NCBI GenBank assembly: GCA_965237955.1 | Contig: OZ250169.1 | Coordinates: forward strand, 2,848,001-2,912,000 | From: Candidatus Marinacidobacterales bacterium | Lineage (GTDB): Bacteria; Acidobacteriota; Vicinamibacteria; Marinacidobacterales; SMYC01 | Length of the DNA: 64,000 nt | Direction: 5' to 3' | In this document: one piece after another, positions 1-9,786 of the stretch | How the letters are laid out: every line of letters starts with the position of its first letter | How positions within the stretch are numbered: position 1 is the stretch's first letter | The notes under the pieces: model-generated | Database searches by the model: none | Told to the model about the DNA's origin: nothing | The model's input: the letters and a program-made list of their open reading frames with translations, nothing else | Program-made: the position numbers and the translations under genes

Positions 1-1186
1 TACTGTACTCGTAGATATATCCTCCGGTCACTGCCTCGCCAGAAACGTCAGCCGAACTAAGAGGCGACACATTCACGCGATTCTGATCTCGCTTGATCTT
101 CTCCATGAAAACGTACAAGCCCTGGTACCGTCCGTTGACGATCAACTCACAGTGGACGGTGCGGCTCGAATAGTGACCCATCATTCGCGACATCTGATGG
201 GCAAGAGAGTTACGTAGAAAAGTACGATCGTAGTAAGATGCGTTTAGGATCCAGTCGTTATCTTTAGGAAGGCCGAGCACTGAGATATTTAGGTTGTTTC
301 CATCTTGGTCTGTGGTTTCAACAGCATACGACTTCTTCGGAAAGTACATTTGGGACGAGTATCCACGGGTTTCGATCCCGATGAATCCGTCGTATCCGTT
401 GTAAGAGTTCGTTAAGTAATTACGTCGCCCGTTCTGGTTGTTGACAATGCCCATGTGCGCGGAAACCTTGGGCTCGTCAGGAATGTCGGCACTGTTCTCG
501 GTGGTGATGACGACGATCGGGAGATTCGACCCTGCCACTTCGATGGTACTTGCTAGCCACTCTGGCAAAGGAAGAAAGTCCTGGCCATCATCCATCATCT
601 CGGCAATGAGGTAAGCATTGGAGGAGAGATCGGTTGAACTCTCACTTACGTTGTGAACCTGCAGAGCCAAGACGTTATCATCGGGCTGGAGCACATTCAG
701 GGGGACATCACTACTTTCTGGGATCCCACCTTCATAGAGCAACGCTTCGTGCGAAACGCTCGATGGTTGATTGTGCGCAGGATGCGCCCCGCGCAAGCCT
801 GCAGACCGCGCGATCTCGACGTTGTTTATATAAGCGACAAAAGCGTCGTCGTAATCCACGTAGAGCTCCATGGACGTGAGTTGGCTCGGATCCGGAAGTG
901 AGAAGGTACGTCGCAGATAAACAGAGATGGTGTGATCGATCACGGTACCATCGTCGGAGTCTCCGTAGCCGATGCCACCAGTGCCTTCGGCCCAATGGCT
1001 GTCGTCGAAGGACTGCTTGCGCCAGTCGGCAGTCGGCTTGGCATTGCCGATAAAGTATCGCCAGCTCATATCAGGACCGACCACGATTCCTTTGTGAGGG
1101 TTGCCTGATTGGGGTAATAGACAAGCCTGGAGTCCCGCCAGCACGAGCAAAGATGGGAGCCAACACGTCGAAAGTCCCTGCCTCAT
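1..1186 (-). CDS. CotH kinase family protein, probable lipoprotein; 3' part runs off the window
   Basis: Manual minus-strand translation from ATG 1186 (ATGA overlap with the upstream gene): MRQGLSTCWLPSLLVLAGLQAC (lipobox-like) ... LGLPKDNDWILNASYYDRTFLRNSLAHQMSRMMGHYSSRTVHCELIVNGRYQGLYVFMEKIKRD, typical CotH motifs. Absent from the ORF track because there is no stop in the window. Confidence 0.85.
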   Translation of the reverse strand, partial: MRQGLSTCWLPSLLVLAGLQACLLPQSGNPHKGIVVGPDMSWRYFIGNAKPTADWRKQSFDDSHWAEGTGGIGYGDSDDGTVIDHTISVYLRRTFSLPDPSQLTSMELYVDYDDAFVAYINNVEIARSAGLRGAHPAHNQPSSVSHEALLYEGGIPESSDVPLNVLQPDDNVLALQVHNVSESSTDLSSNAYLIAEMMDDGQDFLPLPEWLASTIEVAGSNLPIVVITTENSADIPDEPKVSAHMGIVNNQNGRRNYLTNSYNGYDGFIGIETRGYSSQMYFPKKSYAVETTDQDGNNLNISVLGLPKDNDWILNASYYDRTFLRNSLAHQMSRMMGHYSSRTVHCELIVNGRYQGLYVFMEKIKRDQNRVNVSPLSSADVSGEAVTGGYIYEYS

Positions 1187-3240
1187 TCCGACCGCCTTTT
1201 TGCCGATTGCTGCAGAGTCTCTAGCTCTCGCGGCAAGATGGCAAAAAGCACGACCATCACGACCGTGTTGATCACCGCCAGGAGGAGGGTAAGATCGAAA
1301 CCGGCCGCCATACGCAGCTCTGATAGGCCCGAGGCAAGGCGCTCCAAGAGCATGTAGCGAGTACCGTACAAGCGTCCCAGACCGGAATGCAGGAGAAGAT
1401 TCAAGATGTAGCTCGTCATGGCCCCGGCACAGAGGATCTTCAACCCTCGCGAGCCCAGACCGGTGCCGAAAAGAAGCGGGAACGCAACGTGCGGATGATT
1501 TTCGAAAACGCCAACCGAGAATGTGGCATAGGCAAGAAAAACGGTAGCGCTGGAGAGCAGTGCCGGGAGGGTTCCGGGAAACCGATACTGCTGCCAGCAA
1601 ATCCATGCCAAGACTAAAGCAAAGATCGCGGTTCCGACAGAGCCTGCCGCGAAAGAAACGTCGCTGAGTAAGAGACGGGAAACGGGGCCAGCGATCGAAA
1701 CCGTTCCCACTGTTGCCAAGTTCGCCAGGTGGCCATAGATCCACCAAGGATTGGGGTACCCGCTCGATAGATTTCCAGGAACGAGTTGACGAACGATCTG
1801 TACGACCATGGCGGGGAGGGTCCCTGCGATAGTGAAAGGGAGTAGAACGATCAGCGTCACACCTGCCGCGCCCGCGACCGCCCTCCCGATCGTCTCCCTA
1901 AGACGCGCTTGGTTCGCCAGCAATGCGACCAACACGCTGGGTGTCGCGACCGCACCCAGGAGTTTCGTCATCGAAGCCATGACCAGAAGTGCTCCGGCCG
2001 AGAGGGCGTGAGATCGACCCGCCGCAATGACCGCTACCATGACGAGAGGTGAGTAGGTCTGGTCCTGAAAACCGAGGATGGCACTGCTCAGCCAGGAAAT
2101 GGGGAGCGCCCAAAAGAGCGCGGCCAGGACCGCAGCACGGCGTGGTCGGTGCCGGAAGAGCCACAGCAAGATAGCGACGATCGCAACGTCTCCCGCTACG
2201 GCGGGTAGCTTGGCCGCCACGTTGCGCGCCTCGGCTCGGTCGAGAGGAAGCGGTAGGCTCTGTACGAAGCCCCAGGAGAGGCGCCAGGCGACCATGGCAA
2301 GTGGGGGATAGTCGATCAAGAAGCTCCGGTCGCGGCTTTGTACTTCCCACAGAGGTTCTTCTCCGCGAAGCTGGGAAAGGAAATGCCCTGGAGGAACCGC
2401 GTCCGGATCGCCGTAGACTCTTGTGATCCCGTGAGAGGTAGCGCGGGTGGTCCAGGCTTGCCAGTACTCCATATCCCAAGAGCCTGCTGAGGGTAGAAAG
2501 TACAGCCGCACCCAGGATCCGAAAACTGCCGCGATCAAGAGGGCCACCGCCAACCAATAAGATGACCGAGTGCCTCGTTCGAGACGTCGGCCGGCCTCGA
2601 AGCCCGAGAGCACGAGCCCGCCAATGAGAAGCAAACGTAAACAGGAGGGCCGGTCCGGGAAAAGCACGAAAACCATGGCCGGCGTATAAGCGAGAGTGAG
2701 GAGCCCTGCAGAGCAGAGGCCAAGACCGGTCGCCACGGCACGCCCCCTCCACACGAGAAAGACAAGCGTCAGAGCGCTGGCGAGGCCGCTTGCAGTAAGG
2801 ATGGAGCTCCAAGCCGGACTGGCCGTGGGAGTGACCGAGAGAGACCGAAGCCGGATTACGGGAGTCCCCTCGAGGCGGAAGATGTCCAGGCGCGCTCCCG
2901 GGTTGGTAGCACGGGGCAGCGTGAGACTTGCCGTTCCGCCGCTGTCTGATGGGAGTTGGTACACCGGACCCTGATCCACCGAGACGGCTAGCGTGGCTCG
3001 GGCGAGAGGCTCCTGCTCGAAGTTGATGAAGATGTTGGGAGCAAAGCGTCGGTTGATTCCAGGCAGGAGCACTACCGCTCTTTGGTCCACATTTCCTTTT
3101 GCGCTCACCCCCTTTACAAGACGTGGCCAACCCGCGGAATCTGGCCCGAGGCGGAAAGGAAAAGACGTGACGGCGAGAACGCTGATGCCGGCAAGGAAAC
3201 CCATGGCCGCTACGAGGCCGACGGGTTTCCAAAGAGTCAA
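1183..3240 (-). CDS. Polytopic membrane protein, GT-C-type glycosyltransferase-like
   Basis: 685 aa, many TM segments, 'SWDMEYWQAW', 'DYPPLA', 'KLPAVAGD', 'WLSSAILGFQD' resemble GT-C (GT87/PIG-M-like) motifs; translationally coupled to the CotH gene. Confidence 0.6.
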   Translation of the reverse strand: MTLWKPVGLVAAMGFLAGISVLAVTSFPFRLGPDSAGWPRLVKGVSAKGNVDQRAVVLLPGINRRFAPNIFINFEQEPLARATLAVSVDQGPVYQLPSDSGGTASLTLPRATNPGARLDIFRLEGTPVIRLRSLSVTPTASPAWSSILTASGLASALTLVFLVWRGRAVATGLGLCSAGLLTLAYTPAMVFVLFPDRPSCLRLLLIGGLVLSGFEAGRRLERGTRSSYWLAVALLIAAVFGSWVRLYFLPSAGSWDMEYWQAWTTRATSHGITRVYGDPDAVPPGHFLSQLRGEEPLWEVQSRDRSFLIDYPPLAMVAWRLSWGFVQSLPLPLDRAEARNVAAKLPAVAGDVAIVAILLWLFRHRPRRAAVLAALFWALPISWLSSAILGFQDQTYSPLVMVAVIAAGRSHALSAGALLVMASMTKLLGAVATPSVLVALLANQARLRETIGRAVAGAAGVTLIVLLPFTIAGTLPAMVVQIVRQLVPGNLSSGYPNPWWIYGHLANLATVGTVSIAGPVSRLLLSDVSFAAGSVGTAIFALVLAWICWQQYRFPGTLPALLSSATVFLAYATFSVGVFENHPHVAFPLLFGTGLGSRGLKILCAGAMTSYILNLLLHSGLGRLYGTRYMLLERLASGLSELRMAAGFDLTLLLAVINTVVMVVLFAILPRELETLQQSAKRRSE

Positions 3241-3688
3241 AGAAGTGACGTCCTTAGTTTGAGATGAGCGGCATTATATTTCAGCCACGCCATCTGGTGT
3301 GGGACTGAGAAGAGCTCTTGATCTGTATTGGTCACCGCGAGGGGAAATCGATTTCAGGGGAAGTTGTGGCCGCGGTGACCCCATGACTTGCCGACGATGG
3401 CGTCCACGGCCGGCTGGTGGAAGGCGGGAAGATGTGATTGGAGACGGTCTCTTTAGTCTCTCACAAAGCTCCCTTCCGGCAACTAAGTCTTCCAGTCCAT
3501 CGCGACTCCTTCCGCTGAACTGGAACACGTATCCCACCGCGATGGCGAATTCAAGCGGCCTTTGGGAAGGTGCAAACTGCTGACCCGCTGCCGCACGGGG
3601 TGCTTGCCCTGTTCGCTGTTGATCGATCGACTGCAAGCCCATGAAATCATGAGTATAACAGCCTATTTTTCAACGCCGCTACACTGGA

Positions 3689-3972
3689 ATGATGAAAACC
3701 ATCCAGAATCAGGCATGCTCCAAGCCAGGGTGCGAGAACTGTGGAAAGCGGGGCATCAACATCGGTGGCCACGGCTGGTTTACCACCAAGTCGGGTCGCC
3801 GACGGCGTTACCGTTGCAAGATATGCGGGGGAACCGTTAGGCAGGAACACGGGCACAGCGTATTCCGGCCTTCGCTGCACTCGCGGGGAGTTCGACCAAG
3901 TAGCGAGCCTGCGAGTCGAGGGCGTGAGCATTTCTGCCACGGCCCGTCTCGCGGGTCGTTCCCGCAAACACC
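3689..3972 (+). pseudogene. IS1-like transposase N-terminal fragment (Zn ribbon + HTH), frameshifted and truncated
   Basis: CSKPGC...RRRRYRCKICG, then a frame change to 'NTGTAYSGLR...EGVSISATARLAG'; cut at a MITE end. Confidence 0.55.
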
Positions 3973-4130
3973 TGTGCCTTCTATTTATTCATCCGCGCGC
4001 CCCGAACTTGATTGGTCTTCGGTCTACCGGCACCATACCTACATGATTTCGTCGTTTGTTCTTGCTCTCATCTCTGCCTTCAAGGCTCGTCGCGAGCTGG
4101 TGCCCGCGGATGAATAAAATAGAAGGCACA
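3973..4130. mobile_element. MITE of rve element family B (TGTGCCTTCTATTTATTCATCCGCG ends)
   Basis: ~25-bp terminal inverted repeats (one extra A on the right) enclosing the transposase start MISSFVLALISAFKARRELV; the same end recurs at ~9702, ~22640 (partial), 25863, 33292. Confidence 0.8.
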
Positions 4131-4132
4131 GG

Positions 4133-4244
4133 TCGGAAGACAGCCCTGCGGCGCGAGATACCCTCGCTTCTGCGCGGATTCCAAGGGCGTCTAAGCTGCT
4201 GATTTGTGGTCTATTTCAAAAGGGCCGAGTTTTGGCACAGGACG
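4133..4244. mobile_element. Solo end of rve element family A, hybrid MITE remnant
   Basis: ...ctatttcaaaagggccgagttttggcacaggacg; internal part resembles the reverse complement of 25717-25830. Confidence 0.8.
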
Positions 4245-4557
4245 GGGTCGGTTGCAGACGGCTGGGGTTGCGTGGGCGATTGAGGAACGTGGCGACCATC
4301 GCGTTCTATCGGAGGCTTCGGGCACCTGCGTATTCCTGGATCCGAGAACGAAGGGCTGTGGGATCTACGACGTGCGGCCGACGCAGTGCCGGAACTTCCC
4401 CTTCACGCCGGGCAAAGACTCGCCAATCGCTACTCGTTCACAGTGGAACACGGCGCGAGAGCACTGTCCTGGTATCGGTATCGGACGATACTACGACAAG
4501 CGACACATTCGAAAGTTAGTTCGGGGTCGCGCCCAGCATGGTAGCTTCCAAGTCTGA
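4245..4557 (+). pseudogene. YkgJ/CxxCxxCC-family Fe-S/Zn cluster protein, 5' truncated
   Basis: CVFLD...GCGIYDVRPTQCRNFPF...CPGIG motif; N-terminal CxxCxxCC missing, replaced by a family A end. Confidence 0.75.
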
Positions 4558-4571
4558 GGACCGCGGTAGGG

Positions 4572-4980
4572 CGTCGTGTCCAAAAACACAAACGAACTCA
4601 AGACCGGCCCGCCGGGACGTTTCGGAATAGACGTATCTACGTTTGATTGGCCAATGGGAGCTAGAATCCTCGGTCATGAGCACGCCGGTCCAGCCCTTGA
4701 CCTTGTTGGTCGTCGCCATCGCTGGTTGGCTCCAGCGTGACCATCAGGCCGCTATCGTCTACTTGCTCGAGGAGAACAAAATCCTCAAAGCTCGGCTTTG
4801 CGGGAGGAAGCTTCGTCTCACAGACGACGAGCGATGTCGGCTCGCGGTAAAGGGTAAGGCGCTTGGCCGGAAACTCTTGGCAGAAGTCGCCGGTATCGTC
4901 ACACCGGAAACCCTTCTGGCTTGGCACCGAAGGCTCATCGCCGTCGTGTCCAAAAATACAAACGAACTCAAGACCGGCTA
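4572..4980 (+). mobile_element. rve element family C left end plus transposase N-terminus, truncated by a second family C end at 4942
   Basis: CGTCGTGTCCAAAAA end; MSTPVQPLTLLVVAIAGWLQRDHQAAIVYLLEENKILK...VTPETLLAWHRRLIA, homologous to the 17047 transposase. Confidence 0.8.
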
Positions 4981-5218
4981 GCAACGCGCCCTCGTCGCAA
5001 CGCTTTAAGGTAGGCCACGCCTGTAAAGCCAACCCGCGGCTACTGCCACGCTCGCTTTTGGCCTCCATCATTCGGCGAACGGCATTGCCCCTTATTAATG
5101 TGGTAGCGGGATGGCTGGCTGTTCATCGGCTCATTGTGTCAGTCGCCGTCTCAACTTGATAGCACCTGACAATACCCTAGCACGCTACCGAACCGTCTCA
5201 CGCTAGAATGGCTTCGTT

Positions 5219-5977
5219 ATGTCGAAGCTGTACTTTCGGACTCTATGGGCCGGCGTCGCGTCGCCCTTTGCGGCAGCGGGTCTTGGCCTGTTCGTCTATC
5301 GGGGCCTGACGCGCGCGAGCGCCGACAGGGACGCCGACTTCGTCTTCCGTCTCTCCATAGTCGCGATCGCGATGGCCTTGCCGGGCATCATCACTCTCGT
5401 CCTCGCGCTCGCCGACCACCGCAAAGGAGCCTTCTCAACCATGAGCAAGGTGGGCCTGATGCTCGGCATTTTGTCGCTCGGTCTCGTGTTCCTTCCGATT
5501 CGAGGCGTCGTCGAGCGCGCTACGCAGGCGCGGAATCTGGCGCTCAGTGACGTCGAGGCGCCGCCTTTCTCGACGGCGGACATCCACGGCAACACTCATC
5601 GTCTCGACGAGCATGGAGGAAAGGTCGTGCTCGTAAACGTTTGGGCGACCTGGTGTCCGCCGTGCCGCAAGGAAATGCCGGGTCTCGACAAGCTCTATCA
5701 GGAACGCAAGAAACAGGGATTCATGGTCTTCGGCCTCTCCACAGAGGACCTCGAAACGCAGCTCGACTTCGAAGAAAACGTCCTGTCGGTGAGCTACCCC
5801 CTTCTGACGATCGAGGGGGACGTCCCCGAGATTTATCAGACGACGGCGCGATACCCCGCCAACTACCTAATCGATCGCGAAGGACGGCTGCAACCCGCGC
5901 CGAGTACGGAGCAGCCTTTCGAGAATCTCGTCGTCGCCGTCGACGCGCTCCTGAAGCAGCAGATCATTCGTCGGTAG
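5219..5977 (+). CDS. TlpA-family thiol:disulfide oxidoreductase with 3 N-terminal TM helices
   Basis: GKVVLVNVWATWCPPCRKEMP motif. Confidence 0.9.
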   Translation: MSKLYFRTLWAGVASPFAAAGLGLFVYRGLTRASADRDADFVFRLSIVAIAMALPGIITLVLALADHRKGAFSTMSKVGLMLGILSLGLVFLPIRGVVERATQARNLALSDVEAPPFSTADIHGNTHRLDEHGGKVVLVNVWATWCPPCRKEMPGLDKLYQERKKQGFMVFGLSTEDLETQLDFEENVLSVSYPLLTIEGDVPEIYQTTARYPANYLIDREGRLQPAPSTEQPFENLVVAVDALLKQQIIRR

Positions 5978-6095
5978 CGACGGCCACCCTAGGTGGGCGG
6001 CGCGGGCCCGAGCTCTCGCGCAAGCCTTTCCTTCTCAGCTTCGAAGTCGGCCCGGAATGCGTCCGCAACGGGCGGACCTGGCGGGTAGGTCTGCG

Positions 6096-6248
6096 CGTCG
6101 TGTCCAAGAATACAAACGCACTCTAAGACCCGCGCGACGGGCCATCGTCGAGTTCATCTATATTATGTAGAGCGCCACCATCATCCAAGGGCGTCTAAGC
6201 TGCTGATTTGTGGTCTATTTCAAAAGGGCCGAGTTTTGGCACAGGACG
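6096..6248. mobile_element. Family C end (6096) and family A end (6248) facing each other, possible hybrid MITE
   Basis: cgtcgtgtccaagaatacaaacg ... ttttggcacaggacg. Confidence 0.65.
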
Positions 6249-6261
6249 GGCACGGCGAGTA

Positions 6262-6480
6262 CCTATGGTGATCCATCGACGCGGGCCCTGGCGTGGTCCT
6301 GAGGACGTCGAGTTAGCCACCCTCGAGTGGGTGCATTGGTACAACACGCAACGACTCTTGGAGCCGAGCGGAAATGTCTCCCCGGTCGAGTACGAGATGA
6401 ACTACTATCGGTCGCAGGAAGGCTCGCTGGAGATGGCGAGGCTCAACTAAAACAGTCTCGGGAAAACCCGGGGCGGTTCA
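6262..6480 (+). pseudogene. IS3-family transposase C-terminal remnant with right IR
   Basis: VIHRRGPWRGPEDVELATLEWVHWYNTQRL; ends ...aaacccggggcggttCA; near-identical copy at 18349-18646. Confidence 0.85.
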
Positions 6481-6707
6481 ATTCACCAAATTCCTCACTC
6501 TGGAGTCGGACCTAAGTTCGGGGGAAGATCATCATGACCAAGGATTTGGCTATCTCCTGCCGCAGTTGCTGTGGTTGCGTGCCGCGTTAGATTCGCAAAG
6601 GAGGGAAGTGTGGATACCATAACAATCGTCCTTCTGGTTCTTGTTGCCATTAGTGTGGCGGCTCTATTCTTTACCTGGCAGACATCCCAAAAGAACGGAA
6701 GATTGTC

Positions 6708-6821
6708 TGCCTTGGTGCATAAATACAGGTAAGTCATTGATTCCATTGACTCTGCTATTTTTGCACCAAAAACGTAACCTGCTGATTCCTTTAGAGTTGT
6801 CCAGAGTTATGCACCAAGGCA
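6708..6821. mobile_element. 114-bp IS5-type MITE
   Basis: Perfect 15-bp IR TGCCTTGGTGCATAA; inverted copy at 29589-29702 and variant at 43644-43757. Confidence 0.9.
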
Positions 6822-6990
6822 GTGAACCACAGCCTGTGACTGATGACGACGACCGGTACGGGCGCCGCGTCTTCGTCGGCCGAGAAGCCACGACCGAGCG
6901 CCGGAGGCACACCAAGCACGTCGAAGTAATGGCGAAGAGACCCCAGCAATCGTTGATGAACGGATCGATCACTTTGAACACGAAACGCAG
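6822..6990 (-). pseudogene. ABC permease (ADOP/MacB-like) internal fragment
   Basis: YFDVLGVPPALGRGFSADEDAAPVPVVVISHRLW. Confidence 0.7.
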
Positions 6991-7001
6991 AGTTTCCTCG
7001 C

Positions 7002-7147
7002 TGGCGGCAACGAGTTGAACACCGAATTGGGTGCGAGATACTCAACAAGATGGCTGCGTTCGGGATGCCCGATACGTACTGCGCCGGGTGACTCTGCAAC
7101 CGGCACAGGGAGGTCAGCGATTTGCTCCGGGCCGTGCAACAACGCCG
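7002..7147 (+). mobile_element. IS5 3' remnant with right IR
   Basis: Matches 34834-34980, ends gtgcaacaacgcc. Confidence 0.9.
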
Positions 7148-7293
7148 AGCCGGCATGAGATTCGGCACGCTCGACCTGCGACCGAACCTCCTCTCCAGCT
7201 GCTCACAGAGGCTCGACGGCCGGCGGATTGTCCGCGAAGCCTCTCGAACAACGCCACGAGGAAACAAGACTCCCTTGATATGCTTTCGGAGAC

Positions 7294-9267
7294 ATGAAAG
7301 TCGGTTTTGACGTCCGCGTCTCGGCGCTGTGCCTCTTGCTCGCCCCCACCGTTTCCTCTACCGGTGCAGCGGAGACCGTTGCAGACACGAAGTTCAGTGT
7401 GAACCGAGGTTTCTACGTAATCCCTTTCCGCGTGAAGATCAGTTCCGTCACGCCCGACGCCGAGATTCGATATACGACCGACGGCAGCGAGCCCGCGCTC
7501 AACCACGGCTCCGGCGGCCCGAGCCCTCAGCTCGTCGAAGTCACGACGACGACCGTGCTCCGTGCCAAGGCGTTTCGCGAAGGTCTTGAGCCCACCAACG
7601 TGGATACACAGACATACCTGTTTACGAACCACGTGCTCGAGCAGCCCGACGAGATCCCGGGCTATCCGTCCCTTGTCATGAGAACTAGCGGGAGCACATC
7701 AGCGACTCTCGATTACGGAATGGACCCGGAGATCGCGCGCGACCCGGCCTACCGTGAGCGACTCCTCGATGGACTCGAGTCCATTCCTTCCATTTCGCTC
7801 GTCCTGCCGAAGGAGCACATGTTCGGACACGGCGGCATCTATTACGCCACGGACGGAAACGGCCCCACGCATGCGGCGTCGGTGGAGGTGCTCTACGCCG
7901 ACGAGCCGGATGCGAGCTTCCAGGTCGATTGCGGTCTCGAATCTCACGCGACCGTTGCGGTAAAGCGTTCCTTCAAGCTCAAGTTTCAGAGCGAGTTTGG
8001 GCCGGGAAAGCTCGTGACCCCGTTCTTCAGGGGCTCGCCGTTGAACGGCGACTCCGCCACAACCGTCATCGACCGTATCGTGCTCCGCGCCGGAAACGAG
8101 CGCTCCTTCGCCCTTCGTGGCTATCCCCATCGAACGACTTATGCGCGCGACGAGTGGGCGCGCGACAGCCAGATCGCGATGACGGGCGCTGGCTCGCGCG
8201 GTCTCTTCGTGCATTTGTACATCAACGGTCTCTATTGGGGCCTCTACAACGCCGTCGAGCGCCCGGACGCGTGGTTCACATCTGCCTACTTTGGCGGCAC
8301 GCCCGACGATTGGGCGGTCGTGAACCACGGGGGGCGCGTGTCCGGAAGCCTGACACGTTGGGACTACCTGCGGAGGGTGCTCAAAAGCAAGAACATGACC
8401 GAAGCTGCTCACTTCGAAGAGCTCGAAGAATACTTGGATGTGACGCGGTTCGCCGATTACCTGATCCTCGCGTTCTACGCAGGCTTCGGAGACTGGCCAC
8501 TCAACAACTGGTACGGCGCGAACCGCAATCGAGAGCCCGGCCCGTTCATGTTTTTCGTCTGGGACGCCGAAGTGAGCTGGGTGTGGAACCGTCGTCGAGA
8601 CGGCGCCCGGCGCCGCCCCGACCGCCCGTGGAACATCCAAGAGCATTTCCGCTCGAGCCTCGATTTGAAGGGCCCGACCATGGTCGGGATATGGCACGCC
8701 GCGCGCAAAAACATCGACTTCATGATGCTGTTCGCGGATCGTGTCTACGAACATTGTTTCGGCAACGGCGCCTTGAGCGACGCGCGCTCGCTGGCGCGAT
8801 GGGACGTGTTGACCGACACGATTGCGCAGGCGGTCGTCGCGGAGTCCGCGCGATGGGGCGACGTCAACGAAGAGCTCGGGGACCACGTGAGGACGGCGGA
8901 AACATTCGATACCGACGTAGCGCGCGTAAGGTCGATGATGGACGGCGCCGCCTCACGCCTCATCGATACCTTACGGAGGGAGGGCTATTATCCGAATATC
9001 GATCCCCCGCGCCTCGAGGTGAGCCGTGGTTTTCTGGGACGCCAAAGCTTCTCGGCCTCGAATCCGAATGACGGCGGGGTGGTGTACTACACGGCTGACG
9101 GCACCGATCCACGGGCCGCCGGCGGCGCCGTCGCGGCCAGTGCGTCGATTGGCGAAGACAAAGAGCGGCTTCGGGCGGAGCGCGACGCGAGGATCAAAGC
9201 GCGCGTCCTGAAGGACGGCGTATGGAGCGCTCTCGCGACCGCGACCACGCCACTACCGGCGTCGTAA
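7294..9267 (+). CDS. Secreted CotH kinase family protein with chitobiase/FN3-associated flanking domains
   Basis: Signal peptide; IRYTTDGSEP; FVHLYINGLYWGLYNAVER; DWPLNNW; FFVWDAE; AESARWGD; VYYTADGTDPR. Confidence 0.9.
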   Translation: MKVGFDVRVSALCLLLAPTVSSTGAAETVADTKFSVNRGFYVIPFRVKISSVTPDAEIRYTTDGSEPALNHGSGGPSPQLVEVTTTTVLRAKAFREGLEPTNVDTQTYLFTNHVLEQPDEIPGYPSLVMRTSGSTSATLDYGMDPEIARDPAYRERLLDGLESIPSISLVLPKEHMFGHGGIYYATDGNGPTHAASVEVLYADEPDASFQVDCGLESHATVAVKRSFKLKFQSEFGPGKLVTPFFRGSPLNGDSATTVIDRIVLRAGNERSFALRGYPHRTTYARDEWARDSQIAMTGAGSRGLFVHLYINGLYWGLYNAVERPDAWFTSAYFGGTPDDWAVVNHGGRVSGSLTRWDYLRRVLKSKNMTEAAHFEELEEYLDVTRFADYLILAFYAGFGDWPLNNWYGANRNREPGPFMFFVWDAEVSWVWNRRRDGARRRPDRPWNIQEHFRSSLDLKGPTMVGIWHAARKNIDFMMLFADRVYEHCFGNGALSDARSLARWDVLTDTIAQAVVAESARWGDVNEELGDHVRTAETFDTDVARVRSMMDGAASRLIDTLRREGYYPNIDPPRLEVSRGFLGRQSFSASNPNDGGVVYYTADGTDPRAAGGAVAASASIGEDKERLRAERDARIKARVLKDGVWSALATATTPLPAS

Positions 9268-9275
9268 TTGTTTAC

Positions 9276-9496
9276 TGCGTATTCCAGCCATCGTGAACGC
9301 CGAATCCAGAGCAAGCTGAACAGCGAATCCGGTGAAGCCGAACGCTCATCGAAGCGATGAAGTGTTGGGTGACCTCCTTCCCACTGATTGAAAACGTGAA
9401 CCTATCTTACCTGCGTGTTGTGTAGCAAGGGGCGGCAGGTCGGTGCCGGAGGGAGCGGGCGTAAGGAAAGACGCGAAGCGACCTTCCCGCTCCCGT
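9276..9496. mobile_element. Solo IS21 end fragment
   Basis: Identical to 58209-58429, begins TGCGTATTCC; cut by a family A end. Confidence 0.9.
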
Positions 9497-9750
9497 CCTG
9501 TGCCAAAATTAGGCCCTTTTGAAATAAACAACAAATCAGCAGCTTAGTGTCTGTGTTTGCGCCCGGGCCAAGGGCGTGCAATTCCTACTCCTCGTTCTGG
9601 CTGGCTGACTCAACCGCCAGGAGCAGGATGTGATCGACTACCTGCGAGAGGAGAACCGTGTGCTCCGATCCTGTGCGCGCGGATGAATAAATAGAAGGTA
9701 CAACCGGCAGTTCGCCAATCTCATACAGCTCGAGTTTATGGAAGGGACAA
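9494..9750. mobile_element. Stack of rve element remnants (family A end with deleted transposase start, family B end, and a ...gagtttatggaagggACA end)
   Basis: Matches to 16919-17150 and, inverted, to 33292-33376. Confidence 0.7.
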
Positions 9751-9786
9751 CCCTCGGAGCGGAACCCGGCTGTGCTGACCCGCGCG